From contig JAPKBZ010000008.1 of NCBI GenBank assembly GCA_028823175.1, forward strand, positions 1,741-65,740: a stretch of DNA of 64,000 nt. Reading direction: 5' to 3'. The notes beneath the pieces are model-generated. The model was not told the origin of the DNA, ran no database searches, and saw only the letters and a list, made by a program, of their open reading frames with translations. Of the stretch, positions 37,980 to 45,765 are shown in pieces. The stretch comes from Myxococcota bacterium (GTDB lineage: Bacteria; Myxococcota_A; UBA9160; UBA4427). The translations under genes and the position numbers were made by a program. Position 1 is the stretch's first letter. Each line of letters opens with the position of its first letter.

Positions 37980-38103
37980 GGGTCCCTTCGCCTCGAGATT
38001 CGCGCCCTGCGCTCGGCCCAAAGAGCCTATCACGCCCATTTTGCGAGGGGGGTATCGGGGCTAAGCTCAGCGGGACCGGTATGGATCCGGGGGAGATGCG
38101 GAA

Positions 38104-38970
38104 ATGGGTTTCGAGACATTGGCGACAGAAATGGCTTCGGGGGTTCTGACCGTCACCCTGAATCGCCCGGACAAGTTGAATGCCTTCAACACGCCCATGA
38201 TGCACGATCTCCTCGCGGTCCTCGACGAGATCGACGCCGACGACGCCGTCCGTGCCGTGATCTTTACGGGGGCGGGGCGCGGCTTTTGCGCCGGCGCCGA
38301 CCTGTCCTCTGGGGCGAGAACCTTCGACCATGCGGCGGAGGGCGCCGATACGGCGTCGAAAGGCGCGCGCCGGGACGGCGGTGGACGGGTGACGCTTCGG
38401 ATCTACAACTGCACCAAGCCGATCATCGCGGCGTTCAATGGCCCGGCGGTCGGCATCGGGGTCACCATGAGCCTTCCCATGGACATTCGTCTGGCGAGTG
38501 AGGAGGCCAAATTCGGATTCGTTTTTGCGCGGCGCGGAATCGCTCCGGAGGCCGCGAGCAGTTGGTTCCTGCCCCGGGTGGTCGGGATCAGCAAGGCTAT
38601 GGAGTGGGTGGCGACCGGGCGCATCTTCGGCGCCGAGGAGGCCCGCGAGGGGGGCCTGGTCTCCGAGGTGCTGGCCCCCGAGGCCCTGCTTCCCCGAGCC
38701 CAAGAACTCGCCGCAGAAATCGCCGCGAATACCAGCGCGGTCTCGGTGGCGCTCTCCCGGCAAATGATGTGGAAGATGCTGGGCGCGCAGCACCCCATGG
38801 AGGCGCACCGGATCGATTCCGCGGTCGTGGATTTTATGGGCGCGCGGGCCGACGCCCGGGAGGGGGTCGAGAGTTTTCTGCAGAAGCGTCCCGCCGAGTT
38901 CAGCATGCGGGTGTCGTCCGATCTGCCCAATTTCTACCCTTGGTGGGAAGAGCCGAAATATGAGGACTGA
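38104..38970 (+). CDS. enoyl-CoA hydratase/isomerase family protein
   Basis: 288 aa crotonase fold. FTGAGRGFCAGADL and AAFNGPAVGIGVTM oxyanion-hole regions. Confidence 0.85.
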   Translation: MGFETLATEMASGVLTVTLNRPDKLNAFNTPMMHDLLAVLDEIDADDAVRAVIFTGAGRGFCAGADLSSGARTFDHAAEGADTASKGARRDGGGRVTLRIYNCTKPIIAAFNGPAVGIGVTMSLPMDIRLASEEAKFGFVFARRGIAPEAASSWFLPRVVGISKAMEWVATGRIFGAEEAREGGLVSEVLAPEALLPRAQELAAEIAANTSAVSVALSRQMMWKMLGAQHPMEAHRIDSAVVDFMGARADAREGVESFLQKRPAEFSMRVSSDLPNFYPWWEEPKYED

Positions 38971-38991
38971 CGTCCGGGGGGGGCGACCGTC

Positions 38992-39615
38992 ATGTGGGGA
39001 ATAGTCCTGATCGCGCTCGCGGTCCTCGCCGTGCGCCGGGTTTGGCTGGGCTACCCCGCGACAGGGGCGGAGTTCGCCGTGCTGGCGCCCCGGGAAGAAG
39101 CCTTTCTCCAGGCCGCCGCCGAGGCCCTCTTTCCTCCGCATGAGCGCTTGCCCCTCTCAGGGGGGCAGGCCGACCTGCCCGGGTACGCCGACCGCTACCT
39201 GGCCGTTCTGCCCCGTCGCCAACGCACGCTGATTCGGGCGCTCTTCGCGCTCTTTGAACACGCGACCCTGCTTTGGCCCGGGAAGGGACGGGGGGGCTTC
39301 AAGCGTTTCTCTGCGCTCTTGCCCGAGCAGCGCCTCGGGGTGCTGCGCGACTGGCAGTCGAGTTCACTCGCTCTGCGGCGCCTTTGCCTGACAGCGCTCA
39401 AGGCGATCCTGATTCTGGGCTACGTCGGGCACTCCGAATCTCTCGCCGCCCTCGAGTTGGCGCCCTGGAAGATCGAGTCTCCCCGAGTCGAAGCCGACTT
39501 TCTCTATCCCCCCATCGGAGGCCGCCGGGATCAAATCTCTCGGGCCGGGAAGCCCCTGGGCGGGGCGCCCACGGCGCCGCCCCTGATGCCCGGCCTGGAC
39601 CAGGAGGCCCCATGA
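38992..39615 (+). CDS. hypothetical membrane-anchored protein, probable partner subunit of the downstream GMC oxidoreductase
   Basis: 207 aa. N-terminal TM (MWGIVLIALAVLAV). Stop overlaps the GMC ATG (ATGA). The pattern LAPREEAFLQAAAEALFPP ... FSALLPEQRLGVLRDW resembles, from memory, the N-terminal region of long-chain alcohol oxidases and the small subunits of GMC dehydrogenases. Confidence 0.55.
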   Translation: MWGIVLIALAVLAVRRVWLGYPATGAEFAVLAPREEAFLQAAAEALFPPHERLPLSGGQADLPGYADRYLAVLPRRQRTLIRALFALFEHATLLWPGKGRGGFKRFSALLPEQRLGVLRDWQSSSLALRRLCLTALKAILILGYVGHSESLAALELAPWKIESPRVEADFLYPPIGGRRDQISRAGKPLGGAPTAPPLMPGLDQEAP

Positions 39616-41153
39616 GCTCCGAAGCCAGCGAAGACGGCGAGGTCCGTGTCTTCAGCGACTACACACGGGATTTTGAAGAAGATGCCGATGTGGTGGTCGT
39701 GGGTTCGGGGCCGTCGGGTTCGGTGGTCGCTTACGAACTCGCGAAGGCGGGGCACAAGGTGGTGTTGATCGAGGAGGGTCCGCCCTTCACGCCCCAGGAG
39801 TTTCGGGCGGATGGAAATATTTCCATGGCGCGGACCATGCGCGAGGGTGGGCTGCGGAGCACGACCGGAACCTTCATGCCGATCCTCCAAGCGATCTGCC
39901 TGGGTGGGGGGTCGCTCATCAACTCGGCGATGTGTGTGCGCCCGCCCGCCTTTATTTTCGACGAATGGTCGACGCGTTACGAGTTGGACCACACGACCCG
40001 AGCCGATCTCGACCCGCACTACGATGCGGTGAGCGAATTCCTTGGCATCGCGCCCACCCCCGAAGACGTTCAGGGGCCGCGCAACCTGCTCTTTCGCCAG
40101 GGCTGTGATGCCCTGGGAATCGCGAGCGAACCGGTGGATCGCAACGTGCGCGGCTGTCGGGGTTCGGGGGAATGTTTCTCGGGGTGCCGAGCCCGGGCGA
40201 AACAGAGCATGGATATCAGTTATATCCCCGAGGCCATGAAGTTCGGGGCCCGGGTCTTGACCTCGCTCCAGGTCCAGGGGGTGCTCGGAGAGGGGCGCCG
40301 GGTAGGCGGCGTCGAGGGCCGGGTGGTGGAGCCCTTCAGTGGCCGCACCTCCCATGCGTTCCGCGTGCGCGCTCGCTGGGTCGTGCTGGCCGCGGGCTGC
40401 ATGGCCACTCCGGTTCTCCTCCAGAAGAGCGGAAATCTCGCCAACACATCGGGTCAGGTGGGACGGAACCTGCAATTTCATCCGGGCTCCGCCGTGGCGG
40501 GTGTCTTCCCCGAGAGCATCGATCCGATTTTCGGGGGAACCCAGAGCTACCAGTCCCTGGCCTTTCTCGAAGAGGGCTTCAAGCTCGAGACCATGTGGTC
40601 GGCCCCGGCGGCTCTGGCGGTACGCATGCCCGGGGTGGGGACCGAGTTGGTGCAGCGCTTCGGTGAACTTCCGCGGACGGCGATCTGGGACGCGATCGCG
40701 AGCACCCACCGATCCCTGGGGACGGTCAAGGCGCGTTTTCGTTCGCTCAACCCGGTGATTCGTTGGACCCTCCACCCCGAGGACATCAAGGTCATGCTGC
40801 GCTCGATCCACGTCCTCGCCCAGATCTTCTTTGCCGCCGGCGCAGAGAAGGTTCTGCCCGGGGTCGGCGGGCTGGCCGATGAGATGCACTCCCTCGAAGA
40901 GGCCGAGGTGCTGCGGGACTACGCGATTCGTTCCGGCGATCTGGTGACGGCGAGCTCCCACGTTTTCTGCACGACCCGGATGCACGGCGATCCGGCCCAG
41001 GGCGTGGTGGACGAAGAGGGACGCTGCCACGGCTACGATAATCTCTATATCGCCGATACCGGAATTTTTCCGCGCTGCCCTTCGGTGAACCCGATGCTCA
41101 CCGTGATGGCCCTGGCCCACCGTCAGGCCCAGTCCTTGGTGGAGCGGGTCTGA
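39612..41153 (+). CDS. GMC-family FAD-dependent oxidoreductase
   Basis: 513 aa from ATG 39612. FAD fold DVVVVGSGPSGSVVAYELAKAG. C-terminal GMC region (...HVFCTTRMHGDP...LYIADTGIFP...). Track ORF 39273.. is over-extended. Confidence 0.85.
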   Translation: MSSEASEDGEVRVFSDYTRDFEEDADVVVVGSGPSGSVVAYELAKAGHKVVLIEEGPPFTPQEFRADGNISMARTMREGGLRSTTGTFMPILQAICLGGGSLINSAMCVRPPAFIFDEWSTRYELDHTTRADLDPHYDAVSEFLGIAPTPEDVQGPRNLLFRQGCDALGIASEPVDRNVRGCRGSGECFSGCRARAKQSMDISYIPEAMKFGARVLTSLQVQGVLGEGRRVGGVEGRVVEPFSGRTSHAFRVRARWVVLAAGCMATPVLLQKSGNLANTSGQVGRNLQFHPGSAVAGVFPESIDPIFGGTQSYQSLAFLEEGFKLETMWSAPAALAVRMPGVGTELVQRFGELPRTAIWDAIASTHRSLGTVKARFRSLNPVIRWTLHPEDIKVMLRSIHVLAQIFFAAGAEKVLPGVGGLADEMHSLEEAEVLRDYAIRSGDLVTASSHVFCTTRMHGDPAQGVVDEEGRCHGYDNLYIADTGIFPRCPSVNPMLTVMALAHRQAQSLVERV

Positions 41154-41154
41154 A

Positions 41155-41616
41155 TTGGCGGCCAAGGACTCGCGCACGCCGCCGCCCGAGACGCCGATCT
41201 GGGCGAAGCCGGCTCCGGGCAAGCTGATGGGCAGGGGCCACTCGGCGGGGGATCTACTCGAGGCCTACGATTGGGATGTGCTCGAAAGCCGCGACGGGTT
41301 GCTCCGGGTTGGCGTCCATCTCCCCGCGCGACTGCGAAACCCCAAGGGCGAACTCTTTGGTGGCTTCACGCCGACCTATGTGGACTTTCTGGCGTTGCAC
41401 ACCTACTGGGCTGGCCGAGAACCGACCCCCGGTCGGCCCTGGCTCTCCACGGTCAATATGCGGGTCGACTACTACGCACCGATCCGCAGCGACCGCTTTG
41501 AAATCGAGGGTCGGGTGGTTCACCGCCGTAAGTCCATGACCTTCGTGGAGACCCGCTTCTTTGACCCCGAGGGGGCGATGCTCGCCTACGCCTACACGAG
41601 CCTCAAGGAGACCTGA
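41155..41616 (+). CDS. hotdog-fold thioesterase (PaaI/4HBT-like)
   Basis: ~150 aa. GELFGGFTPTYVDFLALHT and a C-terminal beta-sheet pattern. Starts 1 nt after the GMC stop (TTG 41155; alternative ATG 41227). Confidence 0.65.
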   Translation: MAAKDSRTPPPETPIWAKPAPGKLMGRGHSAGDLLEAYDWDVLESRDGLLRVGVHLPARLRNPKGELFGGFTPTYVDFLALHTYWAGREPTPGRPWLSTVNMRVDYYAPIRSDRFEIEGRVVHRRKSMTFVETRFFDPEGAMLAYAYTSLKET

Positions 41617-41757
41617 GGGCTGCCCAGGGCTTGGACGTGATGCTCGGGGTCGGGCGCGGTACCCTGCTCGGGACGGCCACGGCTCCGCGCTTCACCCCGC
41701 GCCGCTTCCGGCCGATACACTCCTCAGCCTCCCGGTTGTACCGGGGAGGGGGACCGC

Positions 41758-42138
41758 GTGGGCTCAGTCAGCAAAATCATCGTTCTCTATCTTCTTCTCT
41801 GTTTCGTCTCAGCCCTTTTCCTGGGCCCGGCGGCGCTTGCCGACGACGGCGAGAAGCAGATGAGCAACCGGCAGACCTGCAATCGATTGTCACACCAGAT
41901 CGACCATTTTGAGGGCACGGTGCTCAAAATGGCCAAGGAGCGGGATGACGCGCTTTGGCAGGAATCCACCGAGAAGCAAGCGGCCCACCTGCGTGCCCGG
42001 CGCGCCAGTCTCTGCCCCAAATACGCCGAGGAGGAGCGCTTGCTCGCCCGGGCTCGTGCCGAGGCCGAGCGGGTGCGGAAGGCGATGATCGCCGCGGCCA
42101 AGGGCGCCGCCAAGTATTTCTCCGGGGGTTGGTACTAG
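41758..42138 (+). CDS. hypothetical secreted helical protein (126 aa, two Cys)
   Basis: GTG start preceded by GGGGAGGGGG. Signal peptide (IIVLYLLLCFVSALFLGPAALA) encoded with unusually AT-rich codons. Charged helical remainder. Stop lies 2 nt before the next gene. Confidence 0.5.
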   Translation: MGSVSKIIVLYLLLCFVSALFLGPAALADDGEKQMSNRQTCNRLSHQIDHFEGTVLKMAKERDDALWQESTEKQAAHLRARRASLCPKYAEEERLLARARAEAERVRKAMIAAAKGAAKYFSGGWY

Positions 42139-42140
42139 CA

Positions 42141-42971
42141 ATGCCGCCGAGCAGGGGTTGGCCCGGCTCTTGGGCCGTTGCGGGCTTGCTTCTGATCCTG
42201 GTCGCGGTGCCCGCTCAGGCGATCGATCGCGGCGCGGATGGCGAGTTCAGCAAGCGCGATTCCTCGCATTTCGTTCTCTTTCAGGATGTTGATATCGACC
42301 AGACTTCGGGCTTGCGGGGCTCTCGGCGCTTCGAGCAGGACGTGCTCGAAACCCTCGAGGGCGCTTACCAGCGGGCCGATCGGCAACTCGGACTGCGCCC
42401 CCAGCGCGATATCACGGTGATCGTCTACGACCCCGCGGTCTTCGACGCCCAATTTTCTGGCCTGTTTAAATTTCCGGCTGCGGGTTTTTATGGGGGCCAG
42501 ATTCAGGTGCGCGGCGGCGAGCGGGTGTCGTCTTCCCTGATTCAGGTGCTCCATCACGAGCACGTGCACGCGGCATTCGATCTCGACGTTTCGGGCTTGA
42601 CGCTTCCCGCCTGGTTCAACGAGGGAATCGCCGAGTGGTTCGAGGCGGGGGCCTTGGGGCGAAGCACCCTGAGCCGTGCCGAGGCGCGGCGGGTCTCGGA
42701 GGCCGCCGCCGAGGGACGCCTTTTTTCCCTGAGCGAATTGAGCAAGCCCACATTCGGGCGGATGGGACCCGGGTCTGCGCGGCTCGCCTACGCGGAATCC
42801 CACGCGTTCATCGACTACCTGGTGGACGTCCACGGCGCCCAGAAATTGCGCGAATGGATCCAGGCCGTCGTTCGTACCCGGGACGTGGAGCGCTCCGCTC
42901 GGCGTACCTATCGGGCGGAGCTTTCGATTCTCGAGGAGCGCTTTCGCGAGCGTTGGGCGCCCGGCGGCTGA
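42141..42971 (+). CDS. secreted zinc metallopeptidase, gluzincin (peptidase MA-like)
   Basis: 276 aa from ATG 42141. Signal peptide ...LVAVPAQA. HEHVH (HExxH) followed by WFNEGIAEW, with Glu at the gluzincin third-ligand spacing. Confidence 0.65.
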   Translation: MPPSRGWPGSWAVAGLLLILVAVPAQAIDRGADGEFSKRDSSHFVLFQDVDIDQTSGLRGSRRFEQDVLETLEGAYQRADRQLGLRPQRDITVIVYDPAVFDAQFSGLFKFPAAGFYGGQIQVRGGERVSSSLIQVLHHEHVHAAFDLDVSGLTLPAWFNEGIAEWFEAGALGRSTLSRAEARRVSEAAAEGRLFSLSELSKPTFGRMGPGSARLAYAESHAFIDYLVDVHGAQKLREWIQAVVRTRDVERSARRTYRAELSILEERFRERWAPGG

Positions 42972-42995
42972 ATCCCGCGCACTTGGCCCGGGTTC

Positions 42996-44081
42996 TTGAG
43001 GCGGGCTAGGGTGCAGGCCGTGATTGTCCGTTCAAAGCGTATACGGAGCCTACTCGGGGGAGGGCTCACCTTCGTAGGGATCCTCTGCGCCGGCTTCCCG
43101 GCGCTGGCAGCGGAAGACTCACTCCCCCCGGTCCCCGCTCCGGAATCTCCGAGCCTGCATCGCCCGCTGGATCGCGCCAGCGATTTCGCACCGGCGGGTG
43201 TTTTGCTCGATCACACCCACGAGCGCGGGGACTGGACCTTCGCCTATCGTTACGAGCGGACGCTGAGTGACCAGTTGAAGGTGGGCGAAGAGACCCTGAC
43301 GACGGCGGAATACGAGACGAGCTATCCCGGCTACGCGTCCACGCCCCTCTCTCAACTCGAGGAGGTACACAGCTTTGGGGTGATGTACGCGCCCCACGAG
43401 CGCTTCACCCTGGCCATGATACTGCCCTTCATTCAGAACCGTCTTGAGCGGAACGTGAACGGAGTCTTCGAGAGCCAGGGATCGAGCGGTATCGGCGACG
43501 CTCTTTTGATCGTCCTGCTTCCCTTCATCCAGAAAGAAACCCAGAAGACCCAGTTCAACGTCGCTTTGAGTTTGCCCACGGGAAGCATTCGCGTGGACGA
43601 TGACCAGGGGAATCGTCTTCCCTACTTGATGCAGCACGGATCGGGCTCTTGGGACATAAACTGGGGGCTGACCTATACCGGCAAACACCGGTGGCTCGCC
43701 TGGGGGGCCCAGGTCGAGAGCCAGTATCGAATCGGATCCAATGATTTGGACTACGAACTCGGCGCCGTCTATCAGGCGTCGGGTTGGCTTGCCGCCGAGG
43801 CGGGGAAATGGGCTTCGGTGACGGCCCGGCTGGGTTGGATCAAGACCGAGAACATCAAGGGAGCCGATCCGGGCCTCAACCCGGCGACGAGCCCCCTCAA
43901 CGATCCGAGACGGCAGGCGGGAACCCGGGTCGAGATGGGGCCGGGGCTGAACCTGCTGCTTCCCATCATGGGGGGCCAGCGCCTCAGCTTCGAAGCGCTG
44001 TTCGTCCTCTATCAATCCGTCGACGGCCCGCAGTTGGCTCCGGACGTAAAATTCAACGCGAGTTGGCAGTGGATTTTTTGA
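42996..44081 (+). CDS. outer-membrane beta-barrel protein (transporter-like)
   Basis: Signal peptide ...GFPALAAEDS. Alternating amphipathic strands with Gly/aromatic girdle residues. C-terminal ...NASWQWIF (terminal Phe). Start is TTG 42996 or GTG 43011. Confidence 0.6.
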   Translation: MRRARVQAVIVRSKRIRSLLGGGLTFVGILCAGFPALAAEDSLPPVPAPESPSLHRPLDRASDFAPAGVLLDHTHERGDWTFAYRYERTLSDQLKVGEETLTTAEYETSYPGYASTPLSQLEEVHSFGVMYAPHERFTLAMILPFIQNRLERNVNGVFESQGSSGIGDALLIVLLPFIQKETQKTQFNVALSLPTGSIRVDDDQGNRLPYLMQHGSGSWDINWGLTYTGKHRWLAWGAQVESQYRIGSNDLDYELGAVYQASGWLAAEAGKWASVTARLGWIKTENIKGADPGLNPATSPLNDPRRQAGTRVEMGPGLNLLLPIMGGQRLSFEALFVLYQSVDGPQLAPDVKFNASWQWIF

Positions 44082-44938
44082 GGCGCGGCGCTCGCTGGAG
44101 GGTGGCCCTGCTGGGGTTGACCCTCTTGCTCGGATGCCGGCCATCGCCTCCGGTGATGGGCGTCGTGGAAGAGGTCGCCCCTGAAGAGGCCCGGATTCTT
44201 GTTTCCCGGGAGCCTGCTTCGCCGGGAGGCGTTCTCGAAAGCGCCTGGCTCGCGGTTCCCGATCCGGTGCTCTTGGGCTCCCTGGTTCCAGGCCAACGCG
44301 TTGTCTACCGCTTGCGCGAGGGTTCGGTGCGTCCCGAGGTAGCCAGGCTCGAAGTGCAGGGCTGGGCGAGCGAAGAAGAAGGTTGGATCGCTTTACCGGA
44401 TGGCCGGCGGGTACGGGCTCGCCTCGCGCCCGCCTTCGCCCTGGAGGATCAGAGCGGCCGACCGGTGACCCTGGCCGATTGGCGCGGCGAATGGGTTCTC
44501 GTGGACTTCATCTACACCCGCTGCCCCGGCCCGTGCCCCGCCCAGACCCAGGATCTGGTCTCGGTTCAGCGCGGCTTGTCCGAGGGCGCGCGCGCTCAGA
44601 TGAATTTTGCGTCGGTGACCCTCGAGCCCGAATTCGACGATGGCCCGATCCTTCAGGCCTATGCCGAGGCCCACGGCGCCGACCTCTCGGACTGGTCGTT
44701 CCTCACCGGGGCTCCGGAGACCGTTGAGGCCGTGGCCCGGGCCTGGGGGATCGGGTCTTCGATGGAGCCCGACGGCAGTATCGGGCACACCCTTCACAGC
44801 TTCCTCGTCGACCCACGCGGCTACGTCGTGTCCCGCTACTCGAGTCGCGACAGGGATCCCGGCGCTATCCGCCGGGAGATCGAGCTCTTGGCCCAGGCGC
44901 CCCAGCCCGGCGCCCCTGGGTCCGACGGGGCTCGCTAG
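44078..44938 (+). CDS. SCO1/SenC-family copper chaperone lipoprotein with extra N-terminal domain
   Basis: TTG 44078 overlaps the OMP stop (TTGA). Lipobox LLLGC. ~110-aa extra N-terminal domain. Thioredoxin-fold motif FIYTRCPGPCP plus a downstream His (GHTLHSFLVD). Confidence 0.75.
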   Translation: MRRGARWRVALLGLTLLLGCRPSPPVMGVVEEVAPEEARILVSREPASPGGVLESAWLAVPDPVLLGSLVPGQRVVYRLREGSVRPEVARLEVQGWASEEEGWIALPDGRRVRARLAPAFALEDQSGRPVTLADWRGEWVLVDFIYTRCPGPCPAQTQDLVSVQRGLSEGARAQMNFASVTLEPEFDDGPILQAYAEAHGADLSDWSFLTGAPETVEAVARAWGIGSSMEPDGSIGHTLHSFLVDPRGYVVSRYSSRDRDPGAIRREIELLAQAPQPGAPGSDGAR

Positions 44939-44966
44939 AGGCCCCAGCCCGGCCGGATCGAGGGGC

Positions 44967-45647
44967 TCAGGCCTCCGCTGAGGGGGCGAGATGGGCGACC
45001 CGGTTGAAAGCCTCGATGGACCAGACCCAGCGGCTGCCCACGGGCATGGTGCGTAGCCGGGTGATGCCCGCCCAGCTCGTCGAAAAGCGCAGGTGGGTCC
45101 AGGGGACGGGTTCGATGCCGATGAGGTGGGAGACGAGCACGGCGTTGGTGCCCTCGTGGGCGAAGATCGCGATGCGCTGGCCGGGCTCGGCGATCTCCCA
45201 AAGCCGTTGGCCCGCTTGTTCGTGGATGCCCGCCGCATGGCCGTCTCCGAGCAACGTCTCGATCCCCCCCGACACGCGCTCGTAGAAGTGCCGGAAACGT
45301 TCGCCGCCGGGTAGGCCGTCCCACCATTCGCCAAATTCCCGGGCATTGGCCCGGGCAAAATAGTCCTCGACCTGGGCACGGGTGCGGCCCTCCAGGGAGG
45401 GCAGGCCGGTCTCGCGCAGCCAGTCCCGGACCTCGCCCTTGTGCCCACTGGCCCGAAGAAAGGGCGCTGCGGTCTCCCTGACCCGTTGCAGGGGGCTCAG
45501 GTAGACGGCGTCGAAGTCCTCGCGCGTGAGGGTGGCGGCCACGCAGTCGGCCTGCCGCTGGCCGAGGGCCGTGAGTCCCGGGTTGTCCACGGCGCGGTCA
45601 TCGGGTTCCCAATCGGGCTGGGCGTGGCGGACGAGCACGATCTCCAA
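44967..45647 (-). CDS. histidine phosphatase family protein (phosphoglycerate-mutase-like)
   Basis: IVLVRHAQPDW (RHG-type), LSPLQRVRETA, FAHEGT. TTG 45647 was chosen as start because the longer track ORF (to 45953) would overlap the divergent lhr. Confidence 0.7.
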   Translation of the reverse strand: MEIVLVRHAQPDWEPDDRAVDNPGLTALGQRQADCVAATLTREDFDAVYLSPLQRVRETAAPFLRASGHKGEVRDWLRETGLPSLEGRTRAQVEDYFARANAREFGEWWDGLPGGERFRHFYERVSGGIETLLGDGHAAGIHEQAGQRLWEIAEPGQRIAIFAHEGTNAVLVSHLIGIEPVPWTHLRFSTSWAGITRLRTMPVGSRWVWSIEAFNRVAHLAPSAEA

Positions 45648-45765
45648 AAGCGGAACACTCCGGGCAGGGGGTTTCGCTTTAGCTTCGCCGATCGTTGGGG
45701 CGGCTGCTACTTTGGCGCCTGGGCGGTCGAGGGATGAGAGTGGCTCCGTGGAGACGACAGGGTCG

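Noticed and set aside
37381-39141. 586-aa minus-strand ORF, plus the 329-aa plus-strand ORF 37512..38501
   Set aside because: They overlap the metallophosphoesterase and enoyl-CoA hydratase genes in wrong frames or on the wrong strand. Arg/Pro/Gly-rich. The 5' end runs through the GTTCCC microsatellite, giving an artefactual TGTGTG... peptide.
39531-41222. 563-aa minus-strand ORF
   Set aside because: Antisense to the GMC oxidoreductase, which has a clear FAD-binding fold. No motifs of its own.
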